From Chrysomallon squamiferum (lineage: Eukaryota; Animalia; Mollusca), in contig CM022665.1 of assembly GCA_012295275.1 (NCBI GenBank), positions 9,238,001 to 9,302,000 of the forward strand: 64,000 nt of DNA, written 5' to 3'. The notes beneath the pieces were generated by a model, which worked only from the letters and a program-made list of their open reading frames with translations, was not told where the DNA came from and made no database searches. Shown in pieces: positions 38,201 through 50,700 of this stretch (position 1 is the first letter of the stretch; every line of letters begins with the position of its first letter). The translations under genes were made by a program, and so were the position numbers.

Positions 38201-40199
38201 TCAACAGCATGTGCCTCATATAAAAGGTAATGTATTCTTAGAGATAATGCAGTTACAATATAACATTTTTGATATAGTTTATTGTACCCAGTTAATTCTG
38301 AATCAAAGAATATCTTTATATAAATTTTGTTTTGAACATAATGCAAAAATAAACTTTCATATTAGAATCTTTATCTCTTTGTAAAGTGTTAAATTCTGAA
38401 GAAACATAGCATTGGAAACAATAGGTTTATTTATTTTTAATTTTTTTTTTTTAAAGAAATAGAAAAGAAATAATAATGACAAGGTGCTTACTCTGTTTTT
38501 TAAATGCTTAAAATATTAGCACTGGGCATATCATCATGCACTTAAAGACTGTTTTGAACATCATTCTGCTGTTTTGCATAAAAAAAAAGAAGAAAAAAAA
38601 AAGAAGCTTACTCACTTAAAATAAGTTATTTTATATTTTGCCTTTGTTATATTACTTAAGTAATCTGTATTGTTACTTGTAAGACTTCTCATCTATAGCA
38701 AAAGAAAAAGATAAAAACAAGAGCAAAGAAAACGAAATTGTCAATTTAAAAAAAAAGTTTATTTTAAGTGGGTAGGTTATTTCAGTGCTATACATTCCTA
38801 CAATTACAATGCAAAACACTTATCCACAATATGCAAAAACAAGTAAGTTGTGGCACTTGGGGTAAGCTTGTATGTTAGGACAAGTCAGATAAATAACAGG
38901 ACACTGAAACACATTGTGTCATTTTTGTGCAGATATCTGACGAAGAAGATGCAAGCCACAAGTACAATAAATGATCATCATTTCTTCCAAATATTACTCA
39001 ACCTGAACCACAACTTATAAAACATGTAAGGGAAATGTTTCCATAGCAACCAATATAAACAGGTCCCATGTTAAAAAAAAAAAAAAAAAAGGTCAACGTC
39101 ATCATCATCACAGTCTTGAAACTTCAATTAGTTTGTACCTTCAATATATAAATATCTGTTGCTCTATTCAAAACTGCACAATATAATATTTTTAATTCCT
39201 TTTGGGCTATGGTGTCAGTCCTCCAGTGGATGAGGATGTATAGTTCCCCCATTTACCAAACCAAATGCTTTATAAAACCTATAGTTCAAGGGAAAAAATA
39301 AAAAATCCAGTCTAATTTTATTCTTGTTTAATTTCATTTAAATCTATAATAATTTAAAGAGTAATAACAATGCTAACAATAATTTAAAAAAGTAATAATA
39401 ATGTAATCATATTTAACGCTGTTGGGAGAAATGATTAAATAATAAAAGTAGTCATCTGCTATAGTCAACAGGTATAGCTAAAATAACATTGGTTTTTGTA
39501 CATCCAAAACATACAGTTAAAGCACCATGTTAAGAAAAATTGTACATTTAAAATCTTTCTTTTTTTTAATTTCATCAGGTTATCTAGGTTATTTATTTTC
39601 AGTGGAATCAATTACAATTGCATTTTTAAATTCAAACCTGTGTCTAAAAATTTTGTAGCATTTAAAATATTCATATAAAATAATTACAAAGCAGAAAATA
39701 CTAATAACAAACAAGATAACTTCTGGTGGAACTGCAGCAAACCAGCCAAAGGAATTGAATATATTACATTCAGCAGTTGTTACACCACATACTCTTTAGT
39801 TCCCCACGTTAACATCATGAATGCATGCTGTACTTTGGACCATCATCATCATATCAAGATAGCAAAACAATCTTTTAGTTTTTGATACACAAGAACATTT
39901 TTTGTTAGAATTACTGCCATTTTCTTAATTTCCTGAATCTTTAGTATGCTGTAACATTACTGAACACCATATGATGGTCCTCAGCATTTTAATGGTAGCT
40001 GCCTTTATGCAAATGCATTATTTGATAATAATTACACATGGGGCAAAAAAAAATAAAAAATGACCTTAATGAAAAACAAAAGAGATGGTGTTCCCATTTG
40101 ACTGAGCAAATGTTAGCATTAGTAACAGCCAGTTTTCAGAATTGTTTGTATGACTCAAAATTAATTTCTATAAACTCTTAAAAAAAAAAAAAAAAAAAA

Positions 40200-40231
<32 letters not shown>

Positions 40232-40307
40232 TTTTAAAAAAATAAAAAAAAATTATATTTATAATTTTGATTAATAACCTGCTATTACCCTGTGGCCATA
40301 ATGCAAG

Positions 40308-41184
40308 CCTGGGATCCAACATGTCACCCCAGGGCAAATCATTGCCATTGTTTAGTCTATATAGTGGGTGCAATGTTGCATCAGCAACAAAGCCACAATA
40401 CAAAGTTGAACAGACAACAAGAATGCACATGCACAATGGCTACATCAACTTCAAAATTAAAACATTTTGTTCAGTTCCTTTAAGAAAGAAAATCAGATTT
40501 CTTATATGCCTTTAAAGATATTGGTATACACTTTGTTTAACTTAAAAAAAAAAAAAAAAAAAAAAAAGGTAGAAGAAAAAATAAAGCAAAAGAAGCAAAC
40601 TAACAAGAGATTTAAATTCAGACTTAAAAATGACATGACATAAAGCCCACTGAATTATTTTAACACAACCAGCAGAGAATAATAAAAATTAATATTGAGC
40701 CTGATAACTGAAATATTAGTAACATGCAGTAAAGTATAACATGTACAATGCATATGGGATTGATTACATCAAAACCCAATATACAAAGTACACATTATAA
40801 CTCTGCGCAGTCAAGTCTATTTGCTTAAAACAGCAAATAGACTAAACTGCACAGAGTTTTAAAACAAACAAACAAACAATCTACAACAATCAACCATAAA
40901 AAGAAAGAGCATGGTCCGTAGAAGAAGACATCATGCAAACCTCTGATCCAACATGTCACCAAAGGGTGCAAGGAAACCTGCATCCAGGGTGGCCCCAGGT
41001 TACATTGCCAAGGCAACATGACCTTTGGGTCAGAAAGATAACAGGTCACAGCAACATATGCTATGATGTCAATCAACACAGCCAGTGCAGCTGTCAGGTG
41101 TAAGCTGTCTGCAAGCAATCTTTCTGCCAGGCATGAAAGAACATTCTGATTGTACAAGCCTTGGATCCTGCATGTCATCCAAGG
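40308..41184 (-). promoter_or_regulatory. Repeated structured RNA element (3 clear copies plus 1 divergent) in the presumed MYPT 3'UTR
   Basis: 26-nt hairpins at 40308-40333, 40940-40965 and 41159-41184 with a conserved loop and compensatory stem changes; divergent copy at 40975-41001. Confidence 0.55.
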
Positions 41185-43542
41185 AGAATCGCAAATCAAG
41201 ACAGAGAGAAAACTGAAGAACGTTTTCACTTAGTCTTAGATTTACTGATGTACAATTTGTGTGTACTTACTGCTCAAGTCAAGAAAGATTTCCTGTATAC
41301 AACTTTTAACTGTTTCTAAAAATCTACACAAAGCAGATTTTTTATTTATGGTGTAAATCCAAGATTATACTAGGAAAATGGCAAAAGCTTTAATATTAAT
41401 GTTCAGTTAGATTTTAAATTTCTAAAGCACTAGATGTGCTATTAGTACTGAAATGTAATATGATTACAAATACTGAAAAATAAAACTTTCATTCATTACA
41501 ACACACATACATGCAAATTATTGACAACATACATAGCATGCTGCACATAAAACAAATCATCTCATGCCGAGATCACAGCATTGTATAAAGGGTTTTGATA
41601 TAATAAATAATTTCCATATGAAAATGTACAACAATATATACAAACTGCATGAATATATAATATCTAGAAATATATACAATTTTGCATGTTTAAAAAAAAA
41701 TAAAAATAATAAATAATAAAAAAAAATTCTTTGGAGATATATATATAAAATGAAATGCAAACATATTCCATTTAAGAAATAATCTCAAGAAATGTCAAAA
41801 TAAATGTAATGAGGGCTTGTGCTAACAGCAACACTGTGCTTTCAGAACAAGTCCTTGCAAATAAACTTGGCACGTAGTTTGACACAAACTAGTGGAACAA
41901 CAATCACTCTTGTTCAACAAACATCTTCAGTTGTCATGTTTTCACAAGTGACTAGTAATTATGCACAAACAGCTGACAAGATTCATTTCTTTTTTCTTTT
42001 TTTAAAAAATGTCAACATATGATAAATAACAGGTAAGTACCTTGCCACATATGATTATGAAATATCCAATGCCCATGCTGGTTTCCATACACCCAGAATT
42101 TAAAATAAAATATTACACTTTACAGAAGGTTATAGATAAAATTATTGTTGTTATTATTGCTATTATTATTATTATTAACTTTAAAAATGACAATTACTAA
42201 TTTTAATAGAATTTAATAATTTGTTTAGACAAAATGGTTCAAACTTGAATTTATTATTAAAAATATTTGGATAACATAAGCAACTTAGGCTGAAAGATAA
42301 TATCATTTACAAATTAAATAACTTTTTGTTCCTGTTCTGTATCAATTTTCTTGAAATTATGTTAGGCATAATTCCAAAGATATATTAATATACATTTTAT
42401 TAAAACATTTGTGATTTTTATAAATTTATTTTGATGTTTTTTCAAGTTAGTCACTGGTAATTTAACATACTGTTTACAATTGTTTTATTTTCTTTTTTCT
42501 TGAAAGTTAAATAAAATTTTAAAACATTATTATGGCATTTTTTTTAAAAATAATATCAGTAACTGTACAGATATTATTAAATTATCAATATTACAGCATT
42601 TGTAATTATATCTCAGGTTCTTTTGCTTTGTTTTTATTATTATTCTTTAAAATTTCTTAAAGATTATCAAAGAATTACTGAATAATATTTTACCAATAGT
42701 TTAGTCAGAATAATATAATTTTACCAAGTAATGGAAGAATAACAAAAACAACCACACTAAAAATTAAATCATGAAACTATCAAACAATAATGAAGAAAAA
42801 ATAAATAAAAGAAAGCATCCCCCTCACACTTTTGATGATCATATCACTATCTAAACACTAATATTCTAACTTCAAACAAATTTTAATATCACATTTTGCT
42901 CAAGGGAATTTATTGATTGCTATGGAAACAATATTTTGACCTATATAGCACCTTGGTAGCAGGTTTGAATCATCTCGGATCTTTCAACATCTCATCTAAC
43001 TGGCTTACACCCAGTCATCTGCACATAAGACTTAAGTGTATGCCCACATGGTAACAGATAATCAGAAATAATTACATAACTATTCTACAATATCATAAGC
43101 CAAACAGGCTTTTAATAAACTTGTATTCACTGTTCATACAAAAAAAGAAAAACCACACAAACAATGCAATATATAAAATATGCTAATCTGTTTTTCTTAC
43201 AACAGATTCCTTGGCTTTGCTGTGTTGAATGCGTATGCACTTGTGACAGCCAATCCTCTCCGGTTTTGCCTGGTATGTTGGCAGTGAAAGTTATCTGCTC
43301 TTTGGTAAGCCACATACTTAAGAAGAAAATTCATGCAGCTAAAATCAGAGGCTTAAACCTTGCCAAAAAACAAAAAAATCAAAAACAGTAAAGTGAAAAT
43401 AGAACGAAATAGAAAGTCAAAGAACAAGAAAAAGCACTTAACAACCCATTCTGATACTTTTTCAATTTTTTTTTTTTCCCCCAAGAGTACACAATATCAA
43501 AGAAAATGCCTTTTCTTTGAACGATTTAGTGTATTATTATTA

Positions 43543-43585
<43 letters not shown>

Positions 43586-44214
43586 TATATTTTATTTGTG
43601 TGTGGGGATTTGTTTCTTTTTCTTCTTTCCACAGATAAATCTGCTTTTTTTTCAAAAGTTCTACACACAATCACAGCACTGTTTTTCAAAAAGCACTATT
43701 TCAGCTCCAGAACCAATCTCATGCTCTAAGAAAATGTCTCCTAAATAAATATCAGCCTTCTTAACTATAATTATAAATAACATACACAAGCCTTTATATA
43801 TAGTACATATGACCATGCATGTACTGAATTGAATAAATTTCAAATAAAACAATTAACAAAGAGAAAAGGAATAAACACACAGTGTTCTATGTAAGATAAG
43901 GGATTAAGTCGAAGAAAACTGGAAAAGCACAAAATTTCATGAACTATTAACTGCCAACATACAACAGCATAAAGGAAGCCTTGCATAGGAAGGGTTCCTT
44001 GTAGCATCTTGGCTTTGCCAAGAGGGTCATGGCTTAGAATGTAAATGGGAAGAAATTCACAGAACACTTGGAAGACAGTACATGGCACAGGACAAGTGCC
44101 CAAACACTAGTATGCTCGGCTTGTTGAAATAAAAACTGGTGACTGAAACGCCAGACAATTGGGTTTCATTAGGACACCATTTCTGACATTCTGAAAACAG
44201 ACTACAGTTATGCT

Positions 44215-44655
44215 TTACTTAGACAGCTTGCTGATCACACGGATTAAGGCTCCATTTTCTTCTCGCAGTCTGTTGTTGTCTGACTTCAGATTATCCATTT
44301 TCTAAAAATAGATTAAAGTGAAAACTGGATTAATGAAAAGGAAATAAACCAGTCTACAATCTGATGGAAACATTTAGGAATATGAACTTCATTTCCCTGA
44401 AATTAAAACAACGAAACATATAAATGACAAAATTACTGATATCAAAAAAAAGAAAATTAAAATGCAGGAAACAATTGAAAAAAAAAAAAAAAAAAAAATG
44501 AAGAAAAGACAAAGATAGAAAAAGGAAATAATTGTTATCTGCTGTTTTTGCAGCAACAGAATATAATGATTTGTAATTTTCAAGGATATAATAAACTGAT
44601 AAGCTAGTACAGGGATAGTGACCATCAAATCTCTGAATTTAAATGAACAAGCTCT

Positions 44656-44710
<55 letters not shown>

Positions 44711-47700
44711 ATGGACCTTATTGATAAAAAAAATTAATTTGCTTGGAATATTTACATTTTGGTCATTAAATACTAAAACAACATCAGAAACAGTAAATAA
44801 ATAAATAAATAAATTTATGTTTTGTTAACTTCAGAAAACCTCTTTTTGCACCTGTTTTAAACGAACAAATTCTATGAACTAAATAACCAAACTTAAGCAG
44901 CCAAAACTATAAAAAACAAAAGAAGTGTAGAGAAGATCAGCAACAGGGCTTCACACAAAACAAATGTTTAATCAATTTAAATGAATACTTTAAAGAAAAA
45001 AAAAATATATATATAAATATATCCACTACTATCTAGAGTTAGTTCAAAGTAAAAAAAAAAAATAAAAAAAAAATAAAAAGCACATAACATGTTAGACAAG
45101 TCAGTAAGATTATGGAGTGTTAGGAATGCATTTGATGAATTTAACAGTCAAAATATATTTTTTACACCTTAGTAGTAAATGTATATTCATATATTATTTA
45201 TTTGGACTGTTTTGATAATGAGCTGTGGATTGCTCAGTTTTGAACATGAATATATAAATGTTTAATGGCACCCTGCCAAAACAACAACAACAAAAAAATT
45301 AGGTATCTAATTTGTCATCATACAGCAAAACTATGTTCATGAACTAATTAAACAACAGGCTTTAGAATATCACATTGCTAAGATCACTTATAAACATTCT
45401 CAGACATTTATTCCTAATAGCAGAATTAAAAGTCTGCATTTAATTTGTCCTTCTTTAAAATTAATTAAAAGTTTGAAAAATATTTTTATTTTGTATGTTG
45501 TTATTGAATGAGGGATATTTTTATTATTATTTTTTTTAAATGAAAAGTATTTTCTAATACAGTCATTCTAAATTAATTTTTGTGAAACACTGCTTTTAAC
45601 TTATTAATATGTAATAATAATAATAATTAAAAAAAAAAAGAAAAGTAAATAAAATTCACACAAACAAGACTGATGAGCAACCTGAATGGTCCAAAAACTT
45701 TTCTGTTTTCTTTTTTTTAATATCAAATCTTATAATTTTTACACATTCTCAACTACTGATTACTTTATTGTACTTAGTAATTTCTCCCATAACACAATAA
45801 AACAAAAACATTTTATTCTTTTAACAGTAACTCCAACAAACCAAGAAAAACAAAAAAAAACATATTTGAAATATATTAACATTAAATTAATATCAAAAGT
45901 AGTAAGATTATACTGCCTGTTTAAATAATTGTATCATGTAACACTAACAAATAGTTCTCTATGTTACCATTTGTTATGCACGTTCAAACCCAACCCTCTG
46001 ACATACAGCACTTTATAAACATATTTTTAAAATGTTTAATTCTGAATAATATAAAAATAGGATGAAATATGTACATAGTTATGACAATGAAGAAAAATCT
46101 GCCAAATGCACATAATTTATATGGACCTGAGTACGTTGAAAGCAATACTGGCAAAACCATTTCTTTTATTCATATATATCCACTCATCCATTCACCCATC
46201 CATCTCTCATTTCTTTCTGCCACTCACGATTTTCTCATACACACGTCTGACACATATGAATACTTGGCATTTATGCAAAAGCTATTTTAATTTTGAACTG
46301 ACACGATCATCAGACTTATACGGTGTATTAGAGTTCTCATCAAGTAACTTATTTATAAAATATTAACATGTAAAAAAAGATGCATGTAAATGCTTGAATA
46401 CAACACGATGAATTATTATACAAGCCATATGATAATCAGACATGTCTTTTTTCTTCTTTTCATAAAAAGAAGAAGAACTAACTGTAATAAACACTGATAA
46501 ATAATTTTAAGTTTCTAGGCTAATTTTTTTTTACATGTTTTCATCTAAAACCTTTAGTTTTCTTTCTGTTAGATAACCTTTTAACTTAAATTTTTTTTAT
46601 TGTATTCAAAAATGTATTTTCATTTTCAGTCAAAATATAAAGATATGTTTGGACAAATTATACTGATCAAGGAGCAGCTATTCTGACAAATCCTTATCCC
46701 AAATATTTTTAACAACAGTTTTTAAATTTAATTCAGAGATGATTTTGTGATAAAATAAAAAAAATAAATAAATAAAATATTTAAAAAAATAAAAAAATAA
46801 ATAAAATAAGAACGTCAATCCCACCGATTTTTGGCAATTAAATAGACTAATTCAGATTAACTATTTCTGGAGAAAAAAACTAAAATAAAATTAAATAAAA
46901 TAAAATAAAATTACTCTGCAATGTTTAGTATATAGAGAAGAAGAAACGTAAAAGTTAAAAATTCATAATTTTCAGTTCAGTGTGGCAGCCATTCAGTTAT
47001 TATACAGCACTGGGTTATAAAAGCTTTCATTTTAAAACCTTTAAGAAGATACTGAATGCTGGGAGAGAGAACTGAAGATAGGGAAAAGGTTATTCAACAT
47101 TTATATGGTATTATTTTTCAGATAAAATACATTAGTTAATATCTGAGAATATTACTTTTCATGAATACAAGCTAATTTATATATAAATTATAACCAACAA
47201 CAGTTTTAAAATGAAATGTTTTAGCAAACATGTTTAAACATATAAAAATAATAACACTTACTGCATAAAATATCCATAGTGTTTGTTATACTTTTCATTT
47301 GCTCACAAACATAAAATTAAATGCTGAAATTATTGTTTATCTAATGATGTAAAATTAACATTTATCTTCAAAGATAAAAATTACCATGACTTAGATCCCA
47401 AACATCCAAGTAACTGTTTACACTGATCTGAGTTAGTTATGTGAAAATTGCTGCTTTCAAGACTTCCAGTTTAATATCTGTGAATCATGCACAGTTTCCA
47501 GTTTTGAAAAAAGGCCAAACATTTTCTTATTGAGGTCCTTGACCTATTTCATGCACGTATGGGATGGAAATAGATTCAACAGGTAACGTAATCCTTCATT
47601 CAAAAAGTAATGGTTCAGACAAAAAATTATTATGATGTTGTTCATGCCATTATGATAAACAATGAATATGATATAGGTGGGACATGCTGGGGCCAAAACC

Positions 47701-50700
47701 GTCAATCAGATTAAATCCAATCTAACAAGAACAAAGAACTGACCATTTTTTGTTTAGATTTATATTATATTTCAAGATTGTTTTATTACTTTTTCTTCCT
47801 TCTTCAACAAAGTAGTTTAAAATATTCAGAAAATTATCATACTATTTTTTTATTTATATATATTTTTATATTCAAAGGTTTTTTTCCCTTCACCTCTCTG
47901 TCTTATTAAGTATATTAGTTTATGTTTAAACATTTGGTTTTATCATTAATTTTGGAAGATGATGAAAACTATTTTTTAAATAAAAAAGGTAAAGAAAATT
48001 ACAATTCAAAACTGTAACAAAAAGAAAATGGAAAAAAAAACAACAACAAAATAATGATAAAAATAAAACGACAAATAATTAAAATAATAAAATAAATTAA
48101 AATAAAATTTAAATATATTAGTTTTTCTAAATACAAAGTATCCAGTTGTTTAGAAATAAATGCTCCAAAGGTACTGGTACAAGACATATAAACACATGAC
48201 AAACAACATACTGTTGATGACAGATAGATTGGATTTAGACTGTTAAACTGTTGTCAGGATACCAAAATAAAATAAAGAAAATAAAATTCTGTAAGTACAA
48301 ACGTATAGCACCTGTCGAGCCATACAGACCATTACCTATTTGGATAATTTGGCTACAACCCGGGAAAGAGCCCGGTTATCCTCCTTAAGTTTAGCATTAT
48401 CAGCTTTAACTTTCGGCATTTGCTGTAAAAGTAGAGATTAATTATTCATCAAGAATATTTTAAAATATTATTCCCATACATTTATTTTTAATAAAATGAA
48501 TGATACAACTTACGAATCAGTCATTTATTTGGGATATCAGTTTGCATAATTATCTAAACTGATGAAAGCAGAAAATGGTCTGTAAATGCTGAATAATTAG
48601 AAGTTATTTTTTAATTTATATTGTTAATTATCCTCAGTGTTCTAGGAAATCCGTATTGCATAAGTGTATTAGCCAGTAAAGGTGCATTCATTACTCTAAT
48701 TATTCATATTTTTTGTTGTTGTTTTTTTTTCTTGTTTTTTTTTGGCAGGGTATTTTTGGGGAGGGGAGGTCTGCAGGGGAAAAAACAACAAAGGTAAAAA
48801 AAAAATTAAAGAAAAAAAAATCAAAAAAAATAATGTGAGTCCATTGGCTTCTTTCAATAAAATGATGAGGCCAATATGAACACACTAATGCTTCTTCCAG
48901 AATGTTTCAATTCATCTTTTTCACAGAGGTCTGGATAAAAAGGAACACAAAATCAAAGAAATAAAAAAAATGATTACTTACTTTTAATTCTTCTTCCAGT
49001 TCAGAGAGTCTGCGTTCCAAGGCCCTCTTTTCCTGAGATAAAATAAACCAAGATAAATAAAAGACAAAATTCAATGAAAACAAATTCTAAAGAATACAAA
49101 ACTTTTATCATAATATATTTATTTACTGATCAGCAGTTATGGTTTATTCCGAATAAAAAAATATGTACTGGTTTACAAAGAAACAATATGCTACTTTTAA
49201 CCAAATAATCTAAGACTGCATATAATAAAAGCTACACCATAAATTATCAACTATCCAGGAAATAATATTTAGACATTTCCAAGTGAGGTAATACTGAATA
49301 ACAAAGATTTATAACATACCGGTTACTTCAACCACTCCCAGATGTTGTTGTACCAAGTTAAATATATTTGCTATTTCTTGTTTGTTATATACCTGTTGTC
49401 ATTATCAGTAATAAAGGAAAACATTATTTACATTTTCTATAAATCAGTTTAAGAAAAAAAAAATTAAAATGTTGTACCCTTTTGTCATTGGTGTCCCTGG
49501 TCAACTCAGTTCTCTTCATGACCCTATCCAGTTCTGCCTTTGCTTCTCGCAGTTCCCGCTTTGTCTGTTCCAACTCCTTCCGCAACCTTTTCATTTCCAA
49601 TTCACCATTCTTCGTAATATGATCTATTTCTTTCCGTAACTTATCATTTACTGATCTTTCATCTTCATATAACTACAAAAGTACGGATAACAAAATGAAA
49701 ATAGATATTAACAATATTAAGTAATTACTGACTGAAAAAAATGAATAATAATATCTGGGTTCGTGAAATAAACTGGATGCTATGTAATAACTGTAACAAA
49801 ATAAAATCCAAAGGAAAACAAAGAACTTAAAAACAGAAAAAACTTATCATCCAGATAAACATATGAATCAGCTATTTTTGTTTCATGTTATATGTGGGTG
49901 AAAGATGGCAAAATACTGAATGAAAAAAAATTAGATTTTTTTTTTTTTTTAAATTATAAATAAAGAATAAAATTTAAATAAATGAAACAAATTTTTAATT
50001 TTTTTTTTAGTTAAACAACAACAATAATAAAAGTAACAACAACAACAATGAAACAGAAGAAAAATAATAAATAAATGCAGTATAATCTGATAAAAACATT
50101 TATCATTTTCACCTTTTTGTAATCAGTGTCTAAAGCTGGAGTTGATCTGGAAAACTCAGAATAGGAACTTGGACGATCTACAGCAGAAGTGTACCGAGAA
50201 GAACCATAACGAGAGCTTAATGTCTAAAAAAGATAAAAGATACTGCTTGCTTAATGTCTGAAAAAGATAAAAGATACTGCTTGAACAGAATCAACAAGAC
50301 ACACCTGTGAAAAGGCAATCTGCAGATAAGTGGATGATTCAGGTCAGAAGAACAAAGTATGTTTTCTGAGCTCAAACTAAGTGAAAGTACCTGAAACATG
50401 TTGATGAGTTGTAAATCCTTGAGAAAATGTTCACTTCCTTCTACATAATGATAATACTTTATCTCTGATTAAAAAGCATTTCCTCCTACAGGATGCTTGT
50501 GTAAGTGTTCATTGTACCAACATGGTAATAATTTGTGTAAATATTTTTAAGTAAGAAGATATGACATTGTACAGAAAGTGAATTAAACAGTTGTGTAAGC
50601 ATTTATAAAGATCTGTTGAATCTGCAAGTTTCAGAGTTAGAGTTGAGAGTTTTCTTATTCTTTGTGTTGCTGGGCTTGTTACTGTTGTTTTTTTTTTTTT

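Noticed and set aside
40308-41184. SECIS or C/D-box reading of the repeated hairpin (RUGA...GA)
   Set aside because: No 11-12 bp upper helix or AAR apical loop, no box C/D pair, and no in-frame Sec UGA in the visible MYPT exons.
40825-41229. 134-aa minus-strand ORF over the hairpin region
   Set aside because: Non-ATG start, no known motifs, and downstream of the MYPT stop. The higher GC is explained by the hairpins.
47535-47545. GTCCTTGACCT identical to the RasGRP U12 branch site
   Set aside because: On the strand opposite to MYPT, with no U12 donor; coincidence.
47486-47555. Two minus-strand UGCAUG (RBFOX) motifs downstream of zipper exon A
   Set aside because: About 800 nt from the exon and expected by chance; not supportable without conservation data.
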